Assembly: GCA_009103225.1 (NCBI GenBank) | Contig: RHPI01002699.1 | Span: 1 to 56,353 of the forward strand | Length of the DNA: 56,353 bases | Reading direction: 5' to 3' | DNA from: Chlorokybus atmophyticus | Lineage: Eukaryota > Plantae > Mesostigma and Chlorokybus algae | In this document: positions 33,961 through 46,830 of the stretch, piece after piece | Position numbering within the stretch: position 1 is the stretch's first letter | Layout of the letters: every line of letters starts with the position of its first letter | Position numbers and translations under genes: made by a program | The notes under the pieces: generated by a model | What the model was told of the DNA's origin: nothing | The model's database searches: none | Seen by the model: the letters and a program-made list of their open reading frames with translations, nothing else

Positions 33961-36470
33961 CGGCGCAGAAACAGGCCGAGCAGGGCACACAGCAAGGACT
34001 TGTTGTTCCAAAGGAGGACTACTATGGTAGACCGCTGCCGCCGCCGCTGGACGACGACAGCAGCGGGCAAGCAGCGGTGTCCGTTATGCTGTCGTCATCC
34101 TCCTCCTGCTTCTTCGTGTTGTTGTTCATGTGTACTGCATGCTGTTGATAGAGATAAGTCGTCAGCAGAGGCGCACAACCAGCAAACTCATACAAGCCAT
34201 ACAAGCCAGCAGCTGCCGTTGGCCATAGCTAACCTGTTTAAACCTATTGCAAAACTCAACACCAACCAAGGTGACCGAGTTTAGTGAGGAAGAGTAGCAG
34301 CAGGTTAACAAAACACATTCGACTAATGGTTTTGTCGACAGATACAACCTGCTGCCAGACTGCACCTGCTTGCACATATCGGTATCGATCGCGACTAGGT
34401 AATTCATTGTGTTTCGGCTTCACAACGCCACTGGTACTGACCTTTTATGCTGGTTGTGATGTGAACGAGTGGGGGCGAAAGATGCGGAGGAGGTTACAAG
34501 TCCTGATGAGCATGAAAGGAAGATGACGAAGGCAATGGTCATGCCGAAATCAGTTATGATCAGGACGATGACATCAAAGACGCGCAGGCGGAACTAGCAA
34601 GCGTTGTTGTTGCAGGCAGCGTGCCCAGTTCGTCCTTGGGTCAACATATACAGCAGACAGTATGCAGGCAGGCAGGCAGGCAGGCAGCATGCAAGCGCTG
34701 TACCATTCCTTGTTTGCTTTGACGCTGCGCTTACTATTTCTCACCACTTGATGGTTGTATGGATGCAGTACCGCATGTCAGGCTGTTGTATTGTTATTGC
34801 AGGGTCGTTGCCTTTGTGAGTTATGGTGTGGTCAAGTCGCATATGAGAGACACTACCTGTCCAACAGAAGTCTCCAGCGGTTGAAGGTATCAGCAGCGTG
34901 AACGCAGTAAAGGCCGCCAGAAACAACGCAAGCGGGCACTACTAAAGATACAGGTGACAATGTCTATTCCCAATCGTTGTCGTGTCATTATTGACCTTCT
35001 TCACATGTTATACTCTTAAGTACAACCGGAATCCATGCTTTCTTGTCGTGCAGTATACAAACTTGGTTACTGCCCAGTCTGTTTGTATGATGCGCAATCG
35101 TCCTATCCTCGTTGTTTATACTAGTGCTCTCCCCTACTAATGTTTCCCCCTTTCTATAATTCATTGTTATTTGAGAAAGCGGTTGTGGAAGGGAAGCCTT
35201 CCAGTGCTGTTTGCATGGGGCAGAATCATTGCACATCGAAGGCTAAGAAGCATCCTGATTCGCCCACTGCGCAAACACACAGTCAGAGTAGCAGGCGTTG
35301 TCTGAACTGGCCATAATCCGACAATCTGCTAACATGGTTGAATAGTATCGCAGTTTAGTTGGGACAACCAACACAGTTGTTGAGTTACTGTGTGGGCAAC
35401 TATGGAAGGTGGTGTTGCAGATGTCACTGTGTCAACGCGTGCATGTGCGCGAACACGTGTGCACACGTGCATGCATGTGTGTGCTTACCCTAAAAAGAAG
35501 GGATAACAGGATGAGGTGGACGTGATGCCCGCGATAGAAGGCTGCATGTTGAACTGCCACGCGATTGTTGTTGTAACGACATACGTTCACCATGAAGCCT
35601 GGCACCTATTCTATTGAGAAACAAACAGCCGGGAAGTGCTAGTCGTTTCCATACCTGCACAGCATTCAGCGGCCATGTCGAGTAGCAGCAACACAGATGG
35701 CCCATGGCTATGTGACAGCGGCTTCTTAACTGCAAGAAGTGTTGGCATTGTTGTAACGCAAGAGCTCAACAGCGCTATCAGAGCCATGCAGACGTCCAGC
35801 TGGAGGACATGAGAAGGAGGGGGGGCGTACTTGGCAGGCTGGCTGGCTGGGTGGCTGGCCTTTGGCTGCTGCCCAAGCAGCCAGGGCCAGCTCAGCAAGC
35901 TGCCTCTGAGGAGAGAAGACTTCAGCAGCAGGGCCTATGGCGCTGCTGCTGCTCAGCATGATGCGTGAACTACACGAAGGTGTCACATCACCCAGACGGC
36001 ACCACCGGGTCGAGTTGATGTGACATCCACCGTCGTGCTTGCGTGCATGGGACGTTAGGTTCTAGGTAGGCACGTGTGCCGCTGTTGGCGTACAAAGTGC
36101 GCCAAAGCTGCTACTGTATATGTGCATTAGCGCACGCTATTGTGTGCGTCTGCATTGCGTGCTGTATCACACCGCTGCTGAGCGGACTGGGTGTGGCGGG
36201 CTGCTCTGGGTTGGCAGTGCTAAAGCAGCAGCTTTGAGCTCCTGCCAAGCTATCTACAGACAAGGCTAGTTGGCATGGTTGCGCTTGGTTGCTTTGTCGT
36301 TCACACTTGTTGCATTTTTCTGTTTGTCACGAAGGTGCACTGTCTCAATGCTGGCTGTGCCAGAGCGCAGTTGCAGGAACGCACACCTAGAGTCTTCGGT
36401 GTTGCATTGCCTGTATCAGATTGACGTTTAAAACTTGCTCACTGCACCTGCATTGGCACAAGGGTTGAGG

Positions 36471-39400
36471 ATGGAGGCGAACGCAACGCTCACTGGTACC
36501 ACATCGGCGGCGGGTGAGCACATGCCTGCAAATTGTGCAAGCACCAGTGGCATCGTTTACGTCCTGCACAGTTATCGCTCCATTGCCCGTCTCCTTGTGC
36601 TCAACTTCCAAGCTGCAGTGTTGTTTGGCTACAGCTGCACGCACGTCACTGACTGCTTGTTTCAGTTGGTCTGCTAGCAACCCCATGTCTACAACGCTGT
36701 CTGTCTTGCTGCACAGGTGGTGGCAATGGTGTTAGCTCTTCAGCCTCCAGCACCACCACGCACGAGAAAGGTGTGCACACCCACAGCAGCCAGTCCGCGA
36801 TCCAGAGCGCGTGGGGCGGTTCGCGCGACGTCCGTTTGCTTCTCGACATGGTGGACCGTCTCCGCGACCTGAATATTGAAAGGGACTTCCCCATTCCACA
36901 AATTGCTGTCATGGGGGACCAGAGCTCGGGCAAATCCAGCGTGCTGGAGGCGCTGTCTGGGATACCGTTCCCGAGAGGAACGGGACTCGTGACGAGGTGC
37001 CCAACTATACTCACAATGACTAGAGCGCGCAACCAAGCCAAGGTGTGAGTGTTGTTCGATGCACGGTCGTGCTGCTTGTGGAGTGTAGTGCAATGTGTGT
37101 GTTGGTTTGCAGGTTTGGTCAGGTGAGGCGCGCTTGCAGCACAAGTCCGGCAGTTCTGGTGACACGAAACCAGTAGAGTTGACTGATCCCAGTGAAGTGG
37201 AGGGCGTCATCAAGCGCTTCACTGCGGAGTTGCTTGAGAGCGGAGGTACGGGGAACACCTTCTCAAGTGACACCATTGTCATCAAGGTACACTTGCCATT
37301 GCGTATCATCATCAGCTAGGGACGACACGGTGCGACCACATGCACATCTGATGCAACGATGCAATGCTTAGGTGGAGTCGCCCTCTGTACCAGACTTGAC
37401 GCTGGTTGACTTGCCTGGGATTGTGCGCACCACAACGGTTGGCCAACATGTGGCCGTAGTTGACCAGGTTAACGAGATGATTAATTGGTACCTAGAGCAG
37501 GTGAGCTGCCCACAGCCAACACAGCGTGTGGCATCTGTTGATGTTCGTCATAAGCGACGACCGCTCAACAGCATTGCTTTGCCAGGCACACACAATCATC
37601 CTCGCTGTTGTTCCAGCAAATGTGGACGTCGCTACTGTCGACATCCTCGAGCGAGCGCAGAAAGTAGATCCCGATGGCCACCGCACGCTGGCTGTCATGA
37701 CAAAACCCGACCTCGTTGAGGCAGGAGCTGAGCATGAAGTCATGTCCACTCTGAACAACGCGAAGAAACCGCTCAAGCTTGGGTGAGTGTCCACATGAAG
37801 TACAATGCAAGCTCACAGCTGAGTGATGCTATATGCATTGTGTCGCGTAGGTATCGCATGGTCAAGAATAGGAACAAGGCGCAACTGGACAGTGGCACGA
37901 CGCTTGAAGAGGCTCGCATAGACGAGCAAGAGTACTTCAAAAAGCATTCCGTTTTTGGCAGAGCTCGCTCAGATTTGCTGGGCTCTGCAAACCTCGCTCG
38001 CAGCCTCACTCAGTAAGCTCTTTGTGTTGCCTTGCTTAACACAAGGGTTACGAGTCATTGCACGCCAACATGCCATGACCGCTGCGCAGGCTGCTTGTTG
38101 CAAGAATAAAAACACTGCTTCCTGAAATGGTACGCCAGCTTGAGGAGCAGCTGCAGGAAGTTAGACAGGTATTATGCCAAATGCTTTGCACTTGCCTTGT
38201 CGTGATGTGCTTGTACTCTCCAACAACACATGGTAATTGCAGGCCATCAAAGAGTTGGGCCCGCGCCCTGTCACCGACGAAGAAAAACTCTCACAGTTCA
38301 ATCAAACTGCTCTGCAGTTTATGACATCTCTCAAGAGTTCATTAGAGGTACATTGGTCTTGACAGATTGTACAACATGGACTGTGACATGCAAGTAGGCC
38401 TTGGTAGCACAACTGCTGTGGCATACAACTACATTGACACTCGTTATGTGCGGCCAGGGCGACTACCGTCATCTGACTGACAACACCCTCTATTTGTATG
38501 CAAGACTGCACAATCAGCTCTTGGAAATGCAGACTACCATTGTTGAAACGCTGAATCCCAATTTTAATCCCGCGAACAAAGAGAGATTGAAGGAGCTTGA
38601 ACAGGAGATTGTAGCGCAGCGAGGCCGCGAGCTTGTTGGTTTGCGCTATGCGGTAGGTGCTTCGGATGATATCAGCAGTATTGACCTGATGCGCATGCTA
38701 CATGACACTGCCACTGACATCACTTGCTGCAGGTCTTTGAGAAATGTGTGCGCTCCTATGTCGACAGTTGGTACTCACCGACCTCGGATGCACTTGATGG
38801 CATTGTTGACATCATGAATGAGGTCAGATCAACACAGTACACAACTCTCACCGATGCAAGACTCAGCTGCTGACATATGCATTGGAACCTGTTATCAGGT
38901 TGCAGGCTCTCTGGCCGCAAGCTGCGCTGGCCCTTTCACACTGCTGCGCAATGTGCTGTTCAATGTCACGGAAGACATCGTGGCAGTGCGCAAAGAGAAG
39001 ACCCACAAGCGCCTGGTCAAGCTGCTCAGGGCAGAAAGGTGGCCTTTTGCTCTGGCGCCTCGCATGCATGCGCTGCTGAGGGAGTATCAGCAGCAAGACG
39101 ATGCTGGGGAGCCTGGTTCTGAAGCTGTCGTGGAGGTGAGACGGAGTTGTGTGGTCGCGCTCCGTGATGTGTCTGCATGTGAGTTGACTGGCGTGTGTGG
39201 CAGAGTCCCGAGAGCAATGATGATGCACACGCAAGGCAATTGGTGGAAGCCCTACGCGCATATTGGCAGGTTGGTCATTTCTAGCTAACAAACATGGGTT
39301 GCCGTATGCGTGTGACATGCATGGGCACAATGCTGGAGTACTGAATCGGTGGATGCTTGTACAGGTGTCCGCAGAACGTTTTGTTGATTATGCCAGCATG

Positions 39401-39583
39401 GCTATCCTGGACGGTATGCTATTTGAGTTGCCTCTTCGGATACAGATGCAGCTCATGCGCGAGCAAAGTCATGCCGGTAAGGTATTCGCTGAGGAATATG
39501 ACGTCGAATGCAAACGGGCTGAGACTAGTGCAAAGCTTCAGCGCTTGCAAGAAGCGAAGAAGGCCATGAAAGAAGTATTATAA
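36471..39583 (+). CDS. Mx/DRP4-like dynamin-family GTPase, about 13 exons
   Basis: G1 [32 protein letters not shown] (36911+), G3 DLPGIVR, G4 TKPD, GYRMVKNR, stalk RGRELVG, GED LRAYWQ|VSAERFVD...[15 protein letters not shown]-stop. Exons checked join in phase. Start codon tentative. Confidence 0.88.
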
Positions 39584-41153
39584 GCCTTGCTTGTGTACAG
39601 CCTGTATTTTTCAAGGCAAAGTTGGCTCCTGTTTTGCCTGTATCCGTATACAGTCACAGACTCATCAGCACACGTGTGCATAGTGCCCCCAGCCGATTGT
39701 AGTCAGAAGCTGCTCATCCATTCTTGAGAACGCGCATAACAGAGTCACATGCATCCTTGCTCACGCTCGTGGCAGGTGTGGGGGCAACCAACACCCACAC
39801 ACACTGACTCCAGCAGCGCCCTCCCCAGCCCTTGCGCGCACGTGTCACCAGATGTCGCATGCTTTTGGCATGCAAGACTCCGACAACTATGTATGGCGCG
39901 ATCGCAATAGCCCTCAGAAGGGGAGAGAGGGCCCAGCTGGAGAGCTGTATAAGCGCAGAGGCACGCAGTGTTGGTGCTGATGATGGGTACTTACAACTAC
40001 TCATCAAGCCTGCTGTTGGCGGCATCTTCTGTGCAAACATTCGCGAGAGAGACATAGAGGCAGTGACAGGGCTTGAAGGGCAAGCGGGAATAGTATCGTC
40101 CCCATCAATGTCATGTCCCAGTGGGCAAGTCGCTTGTACGCTGGCAGTATGTGAAGGGTTGTTTGCCTGCCTGCCTGCCTGCATGAGGCTGTCTTGTATG
40201 TCGCTATGCTGCCACGTCGTAAAGACTGCATCACGTGTGTATCTCATCCCCACTGACAGGCGCATGTCATGCATGTCAGTCATGGGCAGGCGTATGCTTG
40301 GGCCTTAAGCATAAAGCGTGTGTCGGGCGGGAGGGCTCTGCTTGATAGTACCCTCGCACAATATCCCCAATTCAAGCACCGGACCTTGAGCTCAGCTCTC
40401 AAAGCCCTGCCTGACACGGGTCCTGTCTATGGGTTAACAGTTTGCTATCAGACAGTGGGCCACTGCTACTCCTGCCTGTCCCTGTCTGGACTGACTGACC
40501 GAACACAGCTACCACAATTTTATGTCATGTAGGATGATCCGCTACTACTGTGTACATGCTGCCTGTCCAGCATGCCTGTCCAATTCCGGATCATCAAATC
40601 TTGCCGACCGCACTATGCATCAACATGCCTGTGAAGCCATAGCAAACAAAGAAGATTATCTCAGACACTTGCTATGTGGCTGGGTGCATGCAGCAGGAAG
40701 AGCTCAGTTTGTACGCGTCTGTGTGTACGTGCGTGTTTGGCCCTTTTGTGTTCTGTTGCGTGTTGTACTACTTGAACAGAGGAAAACGCGCCCAGTCTCC
40801 TGAGGGCAGGCAAGCAGGCATCTCGCAGCACTCAGGTGATGTGCAAGCCTTGTGCTTTCTTTCTTTGCTCTCAACTCAGAGCATCTTGAAACTTCTGTTG
40901 CTTGTTGTGGTTTTGATCAAAGATAGCTTTTTTCCTATCATCCCTGTCTCGACCCTCTTGTTGTTTCTACATGGCAGCGTGCTGCTGTGCAGGAACAAGT
41001 GTTGTTTATTGGTTTTCTTGTTTGCTTATGTCACCCTTCACCTTTGGCAAGATCAATCAAGTTTCTTCTTCAACAGGTGCGGGACCCGCCTCTCCTTGGC
41101 AAACAAGACCTGAGTTTTGTACACCTTACTTGTTCGCACTCTCCATCACCATC

Positions 41154-41581
41154 ATGCCACCTAACACAGTGCAGCAAGATAACACCCCAACCCAACCTGC
41201 CCTCACCCCGTCGGCTCCCACCCGCAACCTCATCAACACCCTCACCATCAAGACCCACAACAACACCCACAACAACCACGCGTACGTGACGCTGCTAACA
41301 GACAGCGGGTACATTCCTGGCGTTGGCCCGCAGCCTCGCGGCCGTTCGCAGCGCCCACATGCCTCTCCTTTGCCGGGTCACACCAAAGCCTCCTTGCGAC
41401 GCACGCCGCCAGCTGGAAGAAGAGGAGTGAGATCACAACAACAGTAACAATATCATCCAAGTTGTGGAGGTGCAGCACTTTGTACCCGTGCCTGAGGGAG
41501 ACTTCGATCACCTCGCGTATGCCGTGGCAACATACCTTGACTGCTGGCAAATGTAAAAAGTTGTTGTTGGTTCTGTGATAG

Positions 41582-41614
<33 letters not shown>

Positions 41615-42874
41615 GTAGTGCTGGGTGGTGTCCCCTCGTGTGCTGGTGTGCAGGGTGAAGTTGAGGCTGTGGCAGTTGGCGAGCTTTGAGCGGGTGGTGT
41701 ATATAGACGCAGACATGCTCGCGGTGCAGAACATTGACGACTTGTTCGACATCGCCATGCCACATGGTGCAAACAACAACACACTTGCACACACACGGGT
41801 GTCATTGTCCGAAGGGTATTGCATCTTGATGTGGTTGTATTGTGTGCAGACGGGTTGCTTGCGGCTCGTGACTGCTGGTGCGGGCATTGTAATAAAGACG
41901 AGCGCGAGGCTTGCCAATGCAAATGCGACAAAGGGGCAGCAAGCACCTTCATCGATTATGCGGTAATCATGCGGCTCACTTGTGCATAGATGATGCTCAT
42001 AGAGCAGAGACAGGGGCAAAAATTGTGTTTGTGACTCACTTTGTCGTGTCGCTCAGGGCAACCTGGACGTCACGGTGGGCGGCACCCACCTTGCCAGCTA
42101 CTTCAACGCCGGGTTGCTTGTGCTGGAACCCAACTGCGCAGTCTTTGAGGTACAGATTGACAATCCCCAACGCTGGCTCTGAAATGTGTACTGTATTTGC
42201 TTTGGTATCGCATATGCACTCAGGACATGGTGCGCCAGCTGTCGACGGGTACGACTTCACCAAGTACCGCCTTGCAGAGCAGGTGAGAAACAAAACGACA
42301 CATGCATCGTTATATAATTCATCAATACACAAATTACTTCACACAGTTACGCTTTGTAGTACTGCATCACTGAGCGCTCGTGTACACTTTGCAGGACTTT
42401 TTGAACGAGTACTACGCGGACCGGTGGACGGCGCTGCCGTACGCGTACAACGCGCTGAAGCTGTTGAGTCTCTGCCACAAGCGCATGTGGCGGGCGTCCC
42501 AACTCAAAGCCATCCACTTCAATGACTTCAAGCCCTGGAAACTGCCCAAAGTAAGCAAGTTTGTAAGAGTTTGGTTGCATGCTCAAAAACAACACGCGCA
42601 CGTACATGCGCGCATGCGCACACACACATACAAGCTTCTTGTGCTTCCCACACAGGTGCTCGGGTTGGGTGCGCGGCCGTACTGTGAGTACCACAACGCA
42701 CTGGCACCAACTCTGTTGAGCGACGAACGCATCATTGAGGCCATGCGTGCCGTCAAGTGGTCTGAGCCCGATCGCAATGTCACGAAGCCGCTGCTTCAGA
42801 TATACGTGTGCTGGTGGGCCACATTTGACCGCGCTGTCGATGTGCGCAAGTGTCTCATAGACTGCTTGCGGTAG
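41154..42874 (+). pseudogene. Glycosyltransferase family 8, galactinol-synthase/glycogenin-like; disrupted
   Basis: AYVTLL...GYIPGV, KLRLW...VVYIDADML.VQNIDDLF (DxD), YFNAGLLVLEP, AEQDFLNEYY...LPYAYN, IHF..FKPW, WW..FD. Frameshifts near 41327 and 42243, TGA near 41428. Confidence 0.8.
41582..41612 (+). repeat. (CAA)n microsatellite in GT8 intron
   Basis: About 10 CAA units. Confidence 0.95.
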
Positions 42875-43468
42875 AATGACAAATGCGTGCATCTCAGCTT
42901 TTGCCGAAGACACGTTGATCAGGAATAAGCGGTAGTAGTGAGGACAGGCGTAGAGGACCCCACCGTTCCCTCATGTTGCATAAGAGAGGCTTGTTTCCAG
43001 CAGTTTCCAATGCCATCGTGTGCATTCATCTCGGTGAGGTTAGCTTTACCATGGTTGTTACATGTGCACTGCTGTTCTACAGAGTTTGCTTCGCACAACT
43101 CCACGCTGTTATGTATACAAGCTCATGTTATGGCTAACGCACGGTGTCAGCAGGGCTTGCATTGCTACGTACATTGCAAGCGCAATGTTCAATGTACAAG
43201 CTTGCCAAAGACATGGACTAAGCATGCCAAGTGAGCTGGCAAGTACAGTAGTAGTATATGTAATGTGATGGTGTCCATCTAGAGGTGTAGAGTGCAATGG
43301 TGTCATTGTTGCCACACCCGAGCACTCAATGCGGGCACAACCTCCAAACAAGCAACCTGCTGTAAACAACCACCCTGGTGCTCTCTAACTGCTTATTGCA
43401 GATATATACTTTTACTCGTAGCCCATGCCGACAGGGCAATGGGCCTAGATATATGTCTACAGAAATCA

Positions 43469-46400
43469 CTACAGCAGCGCAGCACGCAGCTGGCGAATCC
43501 TGGCTAGCCAATCTGAACCAGTGAGCCCTTCATGCCGTACCAATGAACCTAAACAATACCCACCCGGTTGCGACCACCAGTCTTCGATGACCGCTTGCAG
43601 TTGCTGAGAAGCTGCCCATGCATCGGTAGCCTCCTTTTGGGCAGCTTGTAGCTTGGGTAGTAATGTTCTCGCCGCCGCTTCATCCAGGCTCTGCAATACC
43701 TGCGCATCACACACCGATGAGGATTGCCTGGGTAATCTGCTACCTGAGTGCGTGCAATGGTGTTGGGGCGCGGGCTGCCTACCGAAGACAATCGTACAAG
43801 TCGCGAGTCTGCATCAGCTTTCTGCGCCGCTTCCTCCAAGAGCTCTTGGCGAGCAATCTTTATTTGTTGATTACGATCCTCGCATGCCTATGCCCCAACC
43901 GACAAGTCAGCTGGTGACATGAGCAGTGCCAACAGTGACATTGGAAATTGTTTGTATTGTGGTGCACGGCATAGCCAAACCAGCCTACATACCTCATGGC
44001 ACTCAGCAACTGCCATAAGCAACTTCTCTGCAGAGTAAGCGGGCCCAACAAGCCCGTCAGCAGCCTCCAACACTTGCGCCCAAGCCGTGTTGTCCGCTGT
44101 TTGAGTACCAGTGCTCGCTTTTGATGACAACGCCAGAGCAACTTGCTGGTTGGTTGGGAGCATCGACCTGCCTTTATCCGGCACTCGGCACCAAGGGACC
44201 TGGCGGAGCTCTTTGCTCTCCCTTTCAGCCCATCTTGGCAACGCAGAGGCCTGTCCACGTATTGCTGCACTTTCATATGCACAAAGCTGATGTGCTTGAC
44301 TGCTATGCATCAAACGCGCCGTAGGCATGCACTGCGTAACACACGTCAAAAGGATGCATCTTGGAAGACTTGACCGAAAGCTAAGCAATAGTGCACTAGT
44401 TCAGCGCCTTTGGCGAACACTGAGGCTGAAATGCACCCACGCAAATTTGTAATTGTATGCACCTTTGCCATGTGCCTGCGCATGCAATGCTGCAGTTACA
44501 TAATGACCTTATGACTCAATGACATACCTGATGCCGAATGCTGTCTTGGATAGGGGCGAGCAGCACGTGTGCCTCTTGTTGACACATGGCCGACCGCGTC
44601 ACCCAGCTTTCCACCAGTTGCTAAAAACAAGTCTCTCATAAATCACTGCAATTGGTGAATGCAAGATGGGTGGCACCTGGCGAGCGTACCGCATTGGTAT
44701 ACACCAGCTGTTGTAGCCTTGCATCTGCTTGCTGCTGCGCTGCATCTGCAGCCTGAATAACCTGTATATGGACAAATCCTCAGCTCCATTAAAAATCATA
44801 GGCAGGGGACATCAACTATGCTTACCTGCAAGCACTGCTCCAACTTGGCCTTCACAGCCAAGCCCTCATTTCGCAACTGCGACAATCGCGCCTGCTCCTC
44901 ACGCAAAACTGTAAGTGTGGCTAAGGCTTGCGCTAGGTCCTCGTCAGCTGCCTGCATACACTGATTTTAGTCAAGTGCAGACAAAGCAACAAGTTGACAA
45001 ATTATAAAATCATAAAATAGCTACGGAGGAGTGAGCATATCACTTGACACACACAGCTATAGTTGCAGTAACAGGCCAACTTATGTGATGTGCACAGTAT
45101 GCTGACCCGCATCTATCATAACACTACTTGCTACCACGAGTTACTTCATACTGCAGTTTCAGCACGAGATATCGCTGAACTAATGGACAATACCATATCC
45201 ATCAAGCAACCAGCAAGTAGTCCTACCTCAAGGGTGCAATTGCAGAAGTAACGATGACGTGAAACTATGCGCTTTCCAATGAAGCCTTACCGTATGCTGA
45301 TTGCTTTGCACTGACTCCCTGGCAGCAGCTGCGTCTTGAGCTTCAACTTGAAGCCTCAAGGCTGCCGCTTGATTCCACAGCTGCTCGGTGGCAGCAAACT
45401 GAGCAGCATGCGCTGATTGCATCTGCATCAGCGCTTGCTCGATGCTTGTGCCTGATGCATCTATCAACTGATGTAGCTGTGGTTGTGCTACTCCTAACTG
45501 GTACAAGTGCCGTGCTTGATCTTCTGCAGCATCAGTAAGCGCCCTGACAAATTGTTCAGGGCCACAGGCAGCCGTGAGCTCCTTCACAGTATCTATCAGC
45601 AACAAGCTCGCACAATCCACTTCCGAATTCCGCAACCGCTCCTGCAACACCGTGCATGCTCTCCCTACTTCACCCCTGCATGCCTCCTCATCCATGCTCG
45701 CACGGCTCTGCACGCTGTCCAGCATCCCCTGCAGCTGAGCCTGCCGGTTGTTGAACTCCATCAACAGCATGCTGCAGCGGCGGTCCTGAGCATTGAGCAA
45801 TACCAGCTGCTGCTCAACGTCCCTTAGCTCAGCTTCCTCGGCATCCACTTGACATCTCTCAGTGTTGAGATCGTCCACCTGCTGCCTGAGCTCGGCCTGC
45901 GCGCGATCCGCCTCCAGCCTCGCATCCTGAAGCTCAGCCAGAGCGTCCGCCTTTTCTTTCAGCAACTGCTCGTGTGGGTCGTCCTGCAGCAGCCCGTGCA
46001 GGCGGAGGTTCTCGCGCACCGTGCGGGCCCTTTCTTCGGATCGCAGGTGCGACAGCAAGTACTCCCAAAGATCCACCGCATTGCCCCTGATGAAAATGCC
46101 AAGGCTCAACGCAACGCACGCTCATGCATGCGCGCACGCGCAGGCAATGCGCAGACGCATATAAACATGCAATCGAGCAGCTCATGAAGCAAGACTGTGG
46201 ATGGCAAAAATACTTGACTGGTGCAATGCGTAAGGAGAAATGCAACTTATACAGGCTATATCAAGTTTTAAAAGTGATATGACATTTCGGAACCAGCAGC
46301 CATCTATGAAAAGCATCTATAACAAGCAATGCAGCGCCGTCGTTAAGAACGTATAGGTTGAGGCAAATGAGGCATCAGCTTATGTTTGAGGTTCCTGTTG

Positions 46401-46601
46401 GCATTGTGTGTGCGTCTATACTTGCCGGCAGAGCCTTTGCAAGGCGGCGACGGTTGGCAGCGGTCCAGTGTAGCCGAGCTCGCAACCCGCCCACTTCAAC
46501 ACCCGCTGTGCCAGCGCCGCCTCGCTCCTCGACGAGCTCGTCGATGCCCCCGAAACCCCGGCGGCCGTCCCCCCGCCGGGCGGCGGCCGCCCTGCCCTCA
46601 T
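43469..46601 (-). CDS. AUG5: Augmin/HAUS subunit 5
   Basis: N-terminus LKWAGCELGY..PLPTVAALQRLCR|GNAVDLWEYLLSHLRSEERARTVRENLRLHG, a long coiled coil, and C-terminus DWWSQPG...GLTGSDWLARIRQL. This matches the recalled HAUS5 signature. First intron has a GC donor. Confidence 0.85.
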
Positions 46602-46628
46602 CGCCGCCGCTGCTGCCGCCGCCGCCCA

Positions 46629-46637
46629 AAACCCTAA
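46629..46637 (+). promoter_or_regulatory. Telo-box AAACCCTAA in the bidirectional AUG5/J-protein promoter
   Basis: Exact motif within the 229-bp gap between divergent ATGs. Confidence 0.5.
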
Positions 46638-46830
46638 ATTTCAAATCTGCGCTGCTTACTGTTTGGCGCCAACCGATCGCAACGGTTCAGTTAGAACACT
46701 TGGTGATGCATGAGCAAAAGCAGCTGTTCATTGAGCACATTGATGCGGATCGTTGTGCTCAGTGGTTCATCAAACCTCGCAATGCACCTGTACCAGATTG
46801 GAGTCAACGACACACCTGCCACGTGGCAGT

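Noticed and set aside
34280-36400. Assorted ORFs between the CRE remnant and the dynamin
   Set aside because: No motifs, frequent stops, and no coherent splice chain. Upstream dynamin exons cannot be excluded.
39714-41113. ORFs on both strands between the dynamin and GT8 genes
   Set aside because: Some look protein-like, but strand and family could not be established.
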